A stretch of DNA of 64,000 bases. It comes from Iphione sp. A-MEVVRFRX5. Lineage: Eukaryota. The position numbers were made by a program, and so were the translations under genes. The stretch spans positions 47,926,001 through 47,990,000 of the forward strand of contig OZ320315.1 in assembly GCA_976226885.1 (NCBI GenBank). Reading direction: 5' to 3'. This document shows positions 1 to 12,940 of the stretch, piece by piece. Within the stretch, counting starts at the first letter, position 1; every line of letters starts with the position of its first letter. The notes beneath the pieces are model-generated. The model saw only the letters and a list, made by a program, of their open reading frames with translations, ran no database searches and was not told the origin of the DNA.

Positions 1-349
1 GGCATTCTCCTTATAGGCTTTTGTTGCGCCTTCCCCTCAGAGGATGCGGCTGTTGCATTCGCTTTAAGTGTACACAATGTAGACACCAGATGGATATCAG
101 GTTGCCACTAAGGACGTACCTAGACTAGGTCACACGCCTCCTCCGACAGGGGTGCAATAAAACAATACATACATAGGTGGTTACGTAATATTTTACGGCC
201 CATTCATGAATACTGACATGGTCAAATTTGGCACGTGAAAATTTTTAGCGCACGTGGCAGCGAAGTGTTTTTCCAACTGTGGGACTTCTTTATTCACTAA
301 AGAGCCTGTCCTATACCTTTTGGCCAATAGGGTACGTTACTTCCCCAAT

Positions 350-2628
350 TCGAATTGAACCAAGGGAGTGCCCTCCTCCAGATGGCCTTCTCCAAGGGGG
401 GCGCTAATCCACGGTTGAGCTCCTGCCTTCAACCTCTGTCTTGGTCAAGCTTAACATGCCCTTTTTTGGTGGGCGCCAACCGCCATTTTTCACTCGAAAC
501 CTCCCAATCGTCCGCGGCGTTATTGCGCGCGATATTTTGCCGCGTTCGTCGGGGCGTGAGGGTGGAGTGTTCATCGGGAGGCAATAGATGTAAGTGCTGC
601 CGGCGTGACCCCGCCCCAAGCAGCCGTAGCAGGCAAGCCAGCGAGCCCAGCGAGCCCAGCGCAACCAAGGGCGGGACCGACCAACACCTTTCACTGGCCG
701 TCAGTGCTGTATTATGTAGCGGACCTTTCATGTAAAGTGGGCCGACCCGACGTTGCCGATCTCTCCCACCACCGCTTGCCATCGACGGAGGGGTGGCCCC
801 TGTCGTAGAGCACTGTATTGATCTGTTGGTCGCGCACACACCAGGAACACTGCCTCCTACCTGTCTCCCCTCTGCTTAGTGTGAAAGTGGGCTCGACTGC
901 CATGTGGTTGCATTGGCTACGGCCTCCTGCTTGCCTCCCGTTGCCGCCGTCGATGCAGCTGCTGTTGGTACTACTGCCGTGGCTGCTGCTGCTGCTGCTT
1001 AGGCGATAGCTCTGAAGCTGGCGAGCCATCGAACGAGAGACGCCTACGAAAGCCAGCGACAGGAGCCTGGCGCAGACGCTATAACACCCGCAGCTTGCAC
1101 AGTCAGCCGGAGGATCCCGGCCAGTGCAGCCGAGGAAGAGGAGTATTCAGCCCACGCCAGTATCCCGCCCGACACAATCAGGACCCATGAGGACATAACC
1201 CGAGTTTGCCATGGAGATAACAAGAGAAGGGAATAGGGAAACAAGGGTACAGACAGGAAGCTCCAGCACACAGTACTCCTAGCTGCAGGCTCGACTTACC
1301 CGACAGACACACACGCACCGCAACGATAGGGTTGGCAGGACGAGGAGGAGGAGGAGGAGGCTTGGAAACGAAGGATATATTAAAAGAGGGACATAATGCC
1401 TCAGCCAGAAAAACAAGACGGGTACAAGACATAAGGGATGGAGGGACAGCGTGTCACGGAGTGCTTCGACATGGATTCGCATTGCTGTACGGTAAAATGT
1501 TAGAGACCGGATATTGTTGTACTGCTCCGTCAGTAATAACGTATATCGACAGGAGAGTGACTATGGTGCAGGGAAGTATGCATCGCGACAAGGTACTCTA
1601 TACCAACGTTGACCCCAACCTTTTGAACGGTCAAAGGCTGTACTGCCAGTCCCCCCACCTAACCTAAAGAGCAACACGATCGCGGTGTGCCCCCCATTCT
1701 ACAGAACAACCGTCTCGGTGGCGTCTTCTTTTACTTCGGCCACACCTTCGTCTCAGACGCTATCGAGGAGACAGGGATGAAATATTGATGAATTTTCAAT
1801 GAAGGATTCCGCGGCCACATTGAACAATATTGAGTGGGAGGAACCGAGCTAAGTAACAAATGGCCAGAGTGTCATTGAATGTCGTGACTAAAAACTATTC
1901 AGATGAAAGCTTTGAAAGTCCGCCGAGGCAGTTATTTATGACACGGATAACGTATGTCGTCACCCACGCTGTATGGGACCAGCCAATGAGAATAAGCAAG
2001 CCGTATGATTGAAGACGTCATGCCCAACTAGTATGTATAGAACCGGCCTTTGGTAAGAGAATATCCTTTCACAGAAGGAGTCGTTCACTCCCTTTTGTGG
2101 CTACAACGTCGTCGTATCAGTAACACCCGGTGGTCCACGCCCGTTTGCTTCAGCCACCACCTCCCGGGCCTCATAAGCATTACGCTATAACATCACATTA
2201 GGTCGTCGCGAAGCAGGCCAGGGAGATCAGAGCGACAAAAGAAGGACAGAGACGGGCTGTAGGCAGTTGACCACGGAGTTCACACAGACAGAGGGTCGCC
2301 CAGCTCCGGCGGGTGGGTGCTGGTATATCACGCCGAAAGGGCGAGGCCGCCCACCAGAGGGAGTCCTACTATCGAGCCCTCCTCCTCCTCCTTCATCCCC
2401 TCCTGCTCCCGAGCCCATTAAACGGTCTCGTATACCACCGGACAGTGACACTGGCAGCCGTTCCGCCTTGGTCTCACCAAAGAGAGGAAAACGAGGACAG
2501 CAGCTGTACGCACTTTTAAACCAAAGTAGGCCCTGATAGCGCCTTCGCCGATCCTGTCGGCACCGTCGGAGGTCTAGAGAGTCGAAGCTTGGGGTCCTGT
2601 AACGGGAAAGACAGTCTAAGCTGTTGCT
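350..2628 (+). promoter_or_regulatory. CpG/GC-rich promoter and 5' UTR region of the CACNA2D-like gene
   Basis: GC- and CpG-rich block directly upstream of exon 1, with (GCT)6 at 982-999, (GAG)6 at 1342-1359, a TATA-like TATATTAAAAG at about 1376-1386 and (CCT)n near 2377-2391. The transcription start cannot be located from sequence. Confidence 0.5.
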
Positions 2629-2753
2629 ATGGCATTCACGTGGCTTTACGTGATCCTTTGCAGGCGTGGTGCTTTCTCCGTCGGCATGGTGGTCATCCTA
2701 CTCTCTCTCACGAGCAGGCGTGGCCATGCAGAGCTGAATCTTCCCATCCGAAC
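2629..2753 (+). CDS. CACNA2D: Voltage-gated Ca channel alpha2/delta subunit, coding exon 1 (signal peptide and mature N-terminus)
   Basis: The ATG at 2629 is the first in-frame ATG after a TAA at 2617. The 41 codons plus 2 nt read MAFTWLYVILCRRGAFSVGMVVILLSLTSRRGHAELNLPIR(T), with a hydrophobic core and a G-H-A|E cleavage-like site. It ends at a consensus donor AAC|GTAAGT (2754) in phase 2, matching the phase of the exon at 17061. ELNLPIRT parallels EQQIPLSV of vertebrate CACNA2D3 exon 1 (from memory). A second possible start is the ATG at 2686. Confidence 0.85.
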
Positions 2754-5700
2754 GTAAGTACAATTTTGGTATGCACGTCGTAATACTTCATAGAGAACAT
2801 GATGTAACTTCGGGTGTGTATGCTTTCCCAGACTAATTTTTATACACATTTTAAAGAAGAACAGAATGTATTTCCTGTCTATCATGTGAGGTGTCTGTCA
2901 AAGACACGACTCAATAAGTGACAGCATAGGAACGATTCAAGGGGTTCCTGGGGCGTTCAGCTGAACACATATACACACTTCACATCATTTGAGAGCACAG
3001 AAGACAAGTACTTCACAGGGGAGACTGCCTCTCAGTAGAGACCAAAACTGGTCAGTCCCAAGCTTGGTTTCCTAAGAGAGGCTCAACTGTATTTTATATA
3101 TATGTACGTCACTATATTGCCCTACAGATATCATGTGGCCAGTATCAAACAGTTGGTGTCTATTTTACATTTCCCGTGAAACTCGTTTCAACCCTTCGCA
3201 TATTAACACCCTGCAATACCACCGACACATCTCGTGTGTATACCACACGCTGCGTGGGACAAAATGTCTCAGCGTTTAGGACAAATTGTTTCTATTTACA
3301 CATGCACAACTATTATTGCTGTCGGTAACAAGACCCACATTCGCAAATGGGTCGTTATGAAGGTTGCGAGCGACTCGGCCACTGGCCTGTCACAGTGAAC
3401 CCTTCTCTGTGGGCTGGCTTGAATAGTTGATGGCCTCGGTGATCTATAATTCACCGAAATCCACTTACAGAATGCACGCCATCGTCTAGCGTTTAGTGCA
3501 GTCGACCAAACCCCCGTGGTCTGCATGCGACTTGGGAATGTACCAGTCAGGATCGATCGACAAGATGGAAATGAAAATGACGGTATATGAACTTACAAAT
3601 AGTCGGCCCAGTACGAAATACATATACTACCGACAATGTCCTGACAGGTCATAGCGGTAATTGCATGTATGTATCACACGATGCAAAAAAAGAAACATAA
3701 AGATTGTGATATTCAGCTACATGATGAAACGTCGCAACTCAATATTAGTTTACCTGACCAAAATCATTATCCGCCACAACTGTAGGAAGCCCAGGTATTA
3801 AAACACACAAGAAAATCTAATGACGCCAACATCAAAAACAGGAACGTGATGAAGAGGATAGCATAAATTCTGAAGAAAAAGACACTAACAAGAAACACAG
3901 AAAACAACAGAGTGGAATTAGCTTACTATGGTGCGTATAGGACAAACACACACGTCGGCTTTTATCTTTCTGCTGCCAGTACACAGTAGTTAAAAGTAAG
4001 CTTTTGTGTTAGGAGCAGCTACCCGTGCGAGTCACATCACGAACTCTGCATACAACATAGCTTTATACAAAAACACAGAGGGGAGGAGTGTTCGCAGCAA
4101 TATTATTAGTGGCGTCCCGAGCTCGAGCTACCATTATAACGCTATGAATACAAACATTGTACCGGTCAGGACTGCCTCCGACCCTGCCTCAGCGATGCAT
4201 GTACTCCAGGCTACCTGTGTGCTAGCAGTGAGGAAAGCCTTACGTAAGGTCACCTGCGTCCTCCTCCTTCTCACGTAGCAGCGTTGGGGAAATCGTTTGT
4301 ATCCAAGATCTCAGCCACCCCCTTCGCTAAACGATAGGCCAATAGTCCTGTAGCCCTATGTTCCAATCGGAATGAAGAGGACTAAGGAATAGTCCTGTAT
4401 ATGTAATGTTGAATGACATTTCAATATGTTACCCCATGAAAATATATAACAAATACAGAGTGATAACATGCATATATCTATCAAAGGATATCAACGTAAA
4501 TGACTCTAGTATGCAAGTTATTCTTGATGTAACCCTTAGATTCCACGTCGTGAAGGTACATGTGACAACAAATATGGTTCAAAGCTGACTGAACATGGGC
4601 ATTTAGCATTTTCTCACCCTTGGCATCCCTGCGAGACGTATCGTTCTTCTAGGTTTGATCAAACATACTGCTCGTCGTTAACTGCGTTTAGGACGTTTAA
4701 AGCCACGACATTGTTACAAGTATAATCATAAAAATTCCAAGTAATAGGCATTGAAGTTTCAGCAGCTGTTATCAAGCTTGTACATGTACTTTCACTCTCA
4801 CCCTGAATGCGGTCCCCGTTCGTGAAGAATATCTATCCCGCAGATCTCATAAAGTTATCTATGTATGATTCCAGTCATGGGTACCGCTAAGGTCTCCATT
4901 TTAGTTCTCCCTTTCCGGCTAACAAAACATCATGGAAGAACGTCAAATAACATTTATCATGCGGACGCGAAGGGCAATTATTTCACATCGCTGTTGATGA
5001 CACAACTCCATCTTCCAGCTTCCTACAGACAAGTAGAATATGTTTGTTTTCGTGCCCTTGTTTGTTGGTATACATATTCTTTGTTCGAATAGGTCCGGCC
5101 TACTTTTTATACATTATTGGCTCACTTATTTTCCTCCTGGTTTGAAGCTATCTAAGTAAGGTCTGGCGATGCAGCTGTTATCATCTCTCGGCAGGATGCG
5201 GGCACCCTTTTCAATGATATCCTTATATACTTCGGTACTGTACCTCTGTATCATATGCACTGGGAATTCATGTTGCATTGTACTACATGTGTAATCCAGT
5301 TCATAATCGATTTCGCTAAGATACACGTCGTCATAATACAAAGCAAACATTCTATACCCTACTGCTATTGTGTTGATGACACGTGTCTTTAATCATACAA
5401 ATGCAGTAGGAATGGAGGGAAGGTACAGAAATTTAATCATGATTTAATGATCTACGTTAACAATTGCATTGTACGCACAGCTATGCCTCTCTTTACGATC
5501 ACGCGACAAATTGTCAAGAAATTCAACTTCGTTATAAAGGAATTATGATAGGGGCGCATTGTGTATACCTGTACACGATTGTATAAGGTCGTTACAAACG
5601 TTTCATGGCCAGAGCCAGGCCTTAAAACCTTCACGTGTTATCAAATTATTAAACGATTACGATTGCATCACTCTCATTCTCACTTATAATAAATAGAGGG

Positions 5701-8700
5701 TCAGCCATTAGCATGGACATACACGAATGTGATCGTTACGGATTACTATGAGTTGATAAACGACAGCGTTGAAAACTAAATTATTTCAAGTCGTTAACTG
5801 CTAGTTATAATAACTCACGAAACGTTCGAGTAAACAAGTAAAACTCTTATTTAGCACATCCTCACATGCCATAATTATAAGGAAACTAAAATAGGGCGAA
5901 CAAAGACGATACCTGAAGCACGGGGAAAACTCGATTCTCCATTTAGATATTGAACAGGCCTGATGCTACACGGAACATATGCCAGCAAAAGGAAAATCAG
6001 GAGATCGCATCAAACTTGTACATGACAACCGTACAGACTGTAATATTTAGCATGTCTAAATTGAAATATTCCTATCTTCATAACAAAAGCATTATATTTT
6101 GTTAAACGACACACAGTACATTTTCTTTATTGTCTTGGCAATTTTGCAATTGTTACTGTAGAAATAGAGACAGGGGATCAAAGGCGCAAAAGTGTGAAAA
6201 AATCGTAAATTTATGTTTTTGAGGTAATGATTAAACACAAGTACTCTAGCTTGTGCTCAAAGGAAACGCTGGAAGCAATTCAACGTGTACACGATCAAAG
6301 AGAACATATTCAAATGTAGAGTATATTTCCACTTAATAAATCCTCGGTGCTAGCGTTCCAAATCATCTCATGAAAAAAATCGACAAAGTGAAAGACGACA
6401 GGTGTCCATGCATCCTGACATGTTATATAATGGAAATTCGTCCTTCTCTGTTCTGGGTCAGTTGTCCCAGTGATACGACCGTGCATCGATGTAGTGCATG
6501 TAAATTGGCCGGTTTTGCCTTTAGTTAATTAGCATTACTATCGAGAGAATTACGTAAGCGATTGACGTCCTCAGTACAACCTACCCAAGCCCCGCCTGAC
6601 TGGCACATGCACAGACGCGAGATCGGTGGATTTCAATCGTCATTGACGCTCGTGTTGTCCATGCTAATGATACAAACATTCGTATAACTTCATTCGAAAG
6701 TCACATAATATCACATTGTCAAGAACTGCTGAAAAATTTTCGTCCGACTCCCTTTAACCCACATTCATAATGTCTGCAATAAAGTAACTTTTGATAATAC
6801 ACGTAAATGGGATTCATCTGTCGAAACAAAGCTTATAAGCAATTGCATTGTTTCGTACTATTGATCCAACTTGCAGCCGTTTCGGGATGAATAAGGAATA
6901 TGGAAACATTCTAAACACAGCTAGTAAGAGCCAGTTATTCGAAGTGGAGAAAAGACCTGTAGACCATCACCAGTTGTTTATTGGTACCCGTGAGCAATTT
7001 TTCTCCACCCCGACCTACATAGGAAAATATCATTTTGACCCCTTCTCTCCGTGCCAGAACAATTACCTGTTGATCAGGTCAGGAGAACACTTTCCATGTC
7101 AGGGGAAATACTCTTCTTGTAGGCGCGAATAGAGTAATATACTCGTTCATTACAGCATACTTACATACTCACGCACACACACTTACACACACTTACATAT
7201 ACAGACAATTCAGTGATGGTAGTAGTTCAGTATGGCAACCTATCCCTAAATGCTGAGACATTCTGAGCTGGATTGTAATGAGCCTAACTTATAGCCATGC
7301 CATGCATATCAAACGCTTCGTGAGCCTCATACATTTAAAGCATTAACAATATATTAATCTTTATTTTGACGAACATATACAAATAGATTAAGAGTTCAGC
7401 TTATTATAGGTGCAACTAGTCTCAATAGTTTCATTTAGATATTTGTTTATCACCTTTCATAGCTGTTTCATAAGCAAAACTTATATCACCCTGTTCACAG
7501 TACACTTTCCGATTTAGTCACAGGCAACAAATTGATTATATGAAACGAAAGTTGGAACAAATAGGTGGCATTGGTATTTCCACATTGTCCAGTTACATTA
7601 GGTCATATATTACCAAAACTCATTTTCATGTGCAGGAGAACGATGAAAATTAAGTCCTTTGTATTTCCAGAGGCTTGCATTAAAACGTTTTCAAGTTAAT
7701 GTTATTCGTTGTGATGGGGGTACTGAAAATATTATAGTATCGCTTCATCACATATTGAAAAGTGAGGGTTTTATCAGACCTTTCAGTTATAATATATTGC
7801 CACTTGTGCCTCAATAGAATTCTGTATATATTCCTTTCATTATCAAAACAAGAAACTTGCCATCAATAAATTATTGTTTCAAATGTACATGCGTCTGAAG
7901 CGTTTCTGTCACTTGACTCTAAGGGTGGACAGCCCAATTCAGGAAGGTGACTTTCTACGTAACGCCCATCGGAGGTAGCTACTCAATTGTTTATTCTGTG
8001 GATAAGAGGGGGTTAACCTCACAGTTAGCCATGGATCCAGATGCAGTGGCCGCGGTAGGAGCCCCATCGCTAGCTATAGCGATGTCCGTCAGACGGGCTG
8101 AGTGGAGGGAGGGGGATCTCCTCTCGATGGACCGAGCCACAGCCGATGGAGATGGATCAGATTCAGCGGTCTCATTGACTCACCCCCATTCCGCAAGCAC
8201 CACCCCCTCCGTGTCCAATCACTTTTTAGCCCCAAACCCTCCTCGGCCGGCACCATGAAGCTCCCTCTCGCGCTGGTGATTCATTCAGCTTCGCGGTGGC
8301 AGGATGCCAGGAACCGAAGCCACCAGGGAAGCCACTTGCGTGCCCCCTACCCCCACCCAATCTACGATATAAAAAAAAAACGTTATTCGGCGGATTCACT
8401 GCCAAACTCATATCGGTCTAATCCTGCATGCGGCTGTTCGACTGGCACCCGATGGAGCCTGAGGGAATAAGATGGTCGACGACTACAAGCTATTACTGTG
8501 CCTGGTCAACTCAAGCTGTTAATTGAATACCAGCGCGGTACAACTGTGACTGGGACGGCGAGCAGTAACAAGGGGATAACAGAAGATTGGGCTGGGAATG
8601 TGGAATTCCCTGATCAGAAGGGAGGGGTCTAAAGGTTTAGGAGGCCTTTGAACCGGCCAACAGTTTAGTCATAAATATGTCAGGTGACGTATGTAATAGT

Positions 8701-11700
8701 AGCTCATACGTGCTAGTGTCCGCCATTTCAGGACTGCAGACCTATGTTGACATGGTGCGCAGACATAGAGGTACATTATCAGGTATCAAAGGGATGCCTT
8801 GAGGCTGCTCTCACTTAGATGATCTTTGAAAGTGAGATACATCACTGAGCTCTAGAGCATTATGTGTACACATGTATGTCGGAAAGCTAACAAGTCCGAT
8901 GTCATTTGTAAATGCTAGCATACAATTGTTAATTTCTGTACGTGATAGCCCAACTGTGTAGTTACAGACATGGTTCAACATAAAACGTGCGCGCCTAATG
9001 GTAGTTATTGGAAAACCAGACCATACTTTTTCCGTGGAGAACGTCTGCAACAACCTTTACAAGGGTAAATCCCCTTCAAACCACTATCAATTTTTAGTAG
9101 GCAGTGTCAAGTGAAATCCCCAATCACTCCCATTTTGTGAACCTCTTTTATAAAAATAAACTAATGATATATTGATGTTCAACACATTTCGAATCGTTAG
9201 ATGTGAGTTGCTCTGACAGATATGTTTTGCGGTTAGGGAATAAATCGTCATTACCGATCGATTGCTCGTGCACATGATAGCCGCCCTGAAAGTATCAAAA
9301 AGAGCATAAGTGTCGCGCATATCGATCTCCCAATAGTCAACATAATCCAAGGCCATCTATCGAAATACCAAATGATGCCTGGGGTAGCTGCCTCCAGACG
9401 GCGCAGACGTATTGCATTTGTCCTGTTCAAAAGTGCTTCAATAACCGCAAAGGCGGTGGAGAATCAAATTTAAAACTTGAAACCGCACGCCGAAGCTACT
9501 TCCTGTATTACGGAGAGATAAAATGACACCGTGCCATCTTCACTGTCCAAGTTTCTATCCGAAGTGAGGCACTCATGTGGTAAAGATTTAGAGAGAGCCT
9601 TAGAGAGAAGGAGTCGTGCATTTTGTACTGAGAACCCAAGTCAATTCATGGCAGAAAAAGAAGGAATATTTCCTCAAGAAATTATGGTATAGGAAATCAA
9701 ACGTTCATTTTCATTCGATCAATACATTATGTTCAATCAAATCCAGACGCTTATAGGCATGACTCATGATATTCACCAAAGTAGACCATGAAAGGGGGCA
9801 GAGATAGTGGAAAAAGAGAGATAAATGTGCCTGAGAAACTATGATGCTAACAAGAAGACAAATCTCTAATCGGAGTCGAACGTCAATGGAGATTAAGCAT
9901 TTATTGATGATTTAAAAACTGAAAGAATTGAGTAGTCCTTGGCAGATTTAATGAAAAGTATCAGATAACATTTGCCTCCGTAGAGATGATCGATCTGTTT
10001 TTTGGTTTTGCTGCTTTCTGGTCATGTTTTCTGAAAACAGTATTATGATGTAAATTGTTATAACTTTCCCTAACAGAAACAAACACACATTTGTACACTT
10101 TGACGAGGAAAATAATCATTAACGTATTATTCTATTTCACTACACAATGAAGCTCAAGGAAACTGAATAACCCACTATTAAATGAATGTAGGTTGATGAG
10201 GATTTCCTATAGAACGTATATCTATAACATTTATATCTTCGAATCATTTCTTGCGAGAAAAAGGACGATATGTGAGGAATCTCGTATAAAGTAATATGAA
10301 TCACTATTAGTATTTGTAATCACTGATATCCTTTTTCATTTTCAAGAACAATAAAGTGCACAGACATATCTCTCATTTGATATCCTGTCATGTGAGTCGC
10401 AAGCAAGTGATGGTATTAGTGGGGATAATTCTCATTTCAACCGATAGAGGTCCTCTACGCTGCCTCTGAATACTTGTCAATTAAATGGAATCGGACAGAC
10501 AGAAGTATGACAGACGAGGAAATGTAATGAACTAAAAGAAACGCCAATGCAGACGCGGTTTCATCGTGAGCGCCGTCGTCGTTGGCGGCGGCCGATGACA
10601 CGAATGTCTCACGTGGTATTGATTGCCTTCACTCACACCTTTACACTTGGGATACTTCCTCGGAAGACCTGTTAAAAAGTGAATTGCAATCGATAAGAGA
10701 CCTACCTATCTCACCCTTCGATATCAATCACTGCATACACCTTCGAGGGGCGGTGTCCTCAGGACATCAAAGCATTCGCGATTACCATCCTTTGGGCCTT
10801 AGGGCTTAGGAAGGAAAAATAACGTTCCCAGACTGTGACGACTGATTTAACTGGTTTCATCCTCATTCTTTCGAACTGGAAATTAGGTATCAATATGAAT
10901 AGTTCTGTAGGTCTTCGGGATGATTGTTGATGCGAAAGCAATAGTGTCTGTGGTCTACAGACTTGTGTGTAAAGTCTTCAGTTAATCCCAGCTAAGTCAG
11001 ACACACTGGATCAGTGTGATAGTAGTGCAAAGATCACTACCAGTTCACTTCAGCATGTGTCTGTGACCGTGGCTGACTGACGAACATTGGGGTTGGCAGC
11101 AAAACGCTATGTCCACGTGACTGGTCACTAATTGAAGAGGACGGTGGGTGGCGGGCGGCGAGCGGGCAAGAGGTAGTGGGTGGGCAGGCGATGACATGTG
11201 TTTACTGACCGGCTGAACGGATTATCTATGGTTGACCGCCATGTTAACAGTCTCCGCGCCTGTAGTTAAGGCACTCACCACCGTGGAAATCTGACAGGAG
11301 GGAGCGCGCGGCTTGCCTCTCATTACTAACCATGCTCAAGACGTTTTACTCCGTAAGATCTTCTAGAAGTAGCTGAGATACTGAGGAGAAAATTTTAAGC
11401 ATTTCTTGCTCTTGTTACATTTTCTACTTCTGTGACAGTGACAGTAACGTCTACTACTGCAATGGGTTTTATTGTGTGTCACCTCAGCAAGGTGAAATAC
11501 CGTTATGTTCTGTTAATTTTATTGCAGGAATAAAATGTCGATAAGTATATTTGTTCCATTATAAGATAAGATAATCCAAGCAGAGGGGGTGAATGCGTAG
11601 GCAAGAACGACTCACCAGGCAGGAATGGGTTAACATCCACTCCTGGGAGTGTGCGATCGTTGCAGGATATTGGAAGGCCATCTAGAGCAGTTTCTGTGCT

Positions 11701-11732
11701 GGCGCTCTCATAACTGTCCTAGTGTGCTACAA

Positions 11733-12940
11733 TTTTTTTTTCTTATATCGTTTATTTAAACTGGAAAAAAGGGTAGGCCTGGTGGCCTTACATATCCAGT
11801 CCTACTGTCACTTGTGCTTCATTGGTCATATTATACTGTGTTTACAAGTTCTAATGTATGGATATCCGATGGTCAGAGCTTAGTATAATGGATAATGCAG
11901 ATATGTGTGATATAGTAATATGATATCATGAGATGGGGTGTAGATGGCTTATTGAACAAGGCCCTGTTTGGAAGCTTTGGTAAATTTCTAGACCACTATA
12001 TCCTCGTCATTTGGCATTTGGTTTGTGGTAAAGTTCTTGTATATTTGATACTCTGATGTGGTGGGTATTTTTGCCCATATTTAGTAACCCGATTTACAGT
12101 GTCAATTTAACTCTGATTTATTTACCCTGTACTTAAGGGACCCTTTGATTCTCCTGTTCCCATCTGTTCAACAAAAATCTCTTAAGCCGAATTCTTTTAA
12201 GCTTCTTTTTGAGTGATAGCGGAAGATAGTGCCATACCCTGACTGCGTTATATTTTACCGATCTCTTTTCTGATTCGTATCTAGCTTTGACTTGTCTAAT
12301 GGATGCATTCATTTTGGATCGTGTCCGTATAGGTTTGTTGGTGTTTTCTACCTCGCTAAGCACATTGTTCAGATAGCCTGAAGCATATATAATGCCAGGT
12401 AGTATTCTTGTCTGACCGTATATTGGAGGATATTTAGCTTTTTGTATAAAACTTCAATGGGGGAGCGCCAGTCTAATAGGCAACATCTTACAAGATTGTC
12501 TATAATTTTCGAGATACTCTTGTATGTTCATGAATTCTTGTTGTTTAGTAACAATAAGCCATATTCAGTGTAAGGGATAATGCAGCCTTTCAAAGTCAGT
12601 TCAGCACTAGTCCAGGTCATCATATGGCGGTTTCTCTTATATAGTTTAATTAACGGTTTTAATCTGTTCAAAATCCCTTTCATGTGTAGCTCCATAGTCA
12701 GGTGCCTATCGAGCGTTACGCCTAGGTACTTCACCATCTGTACCTGTTTTATGGTTGTGCTGTTTTGTTCTATTCTAACTTTTGAGTCCTTGTACGCACT
12801 TCTGGCATGTGTGAACAAGATAAGCTCTGATTTTGAAGAGTTTATTTTTAGGCCATTTTTATGGCACCATATTGACAATTTATCGAACATGTCCTTTAGT
12901 TTCCACTCCACCAATCTATCTTCATAATGCTTATTCACTG
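11733..12940 (-). mobile_element. 5'-truncated, decayed non-LTR retrotransposon (LINE, CR1/L2/Jockey-group-like): RT C-terminus, 3' UTR and poly(A)
   Basis: ORF 12528-12938 carries late RT motifs (DKLSIWCHKNGLKINSSKSELI, VKYLGVTLDRHLT..H). The same frame continues past a TGA with SPIEVLYKKLNIL, then frameshifts to ...VRVWHYLPLSLK (12133-12363). AATAAA lies at 11756-11751 and an A9 tail at 11741-11733 on the minus strand. No clear target-site duplication. Confidence 0.85.

Noticed and set aside
818-1009. Leu-rich, signal-peptide-like ORF as alpha2delta exon 1
   Set aside because: It ends at TAG with no donor, its hydrophobicity comes from a (CTG)n repeat, and a better exon 1 exists at 2629-2753.
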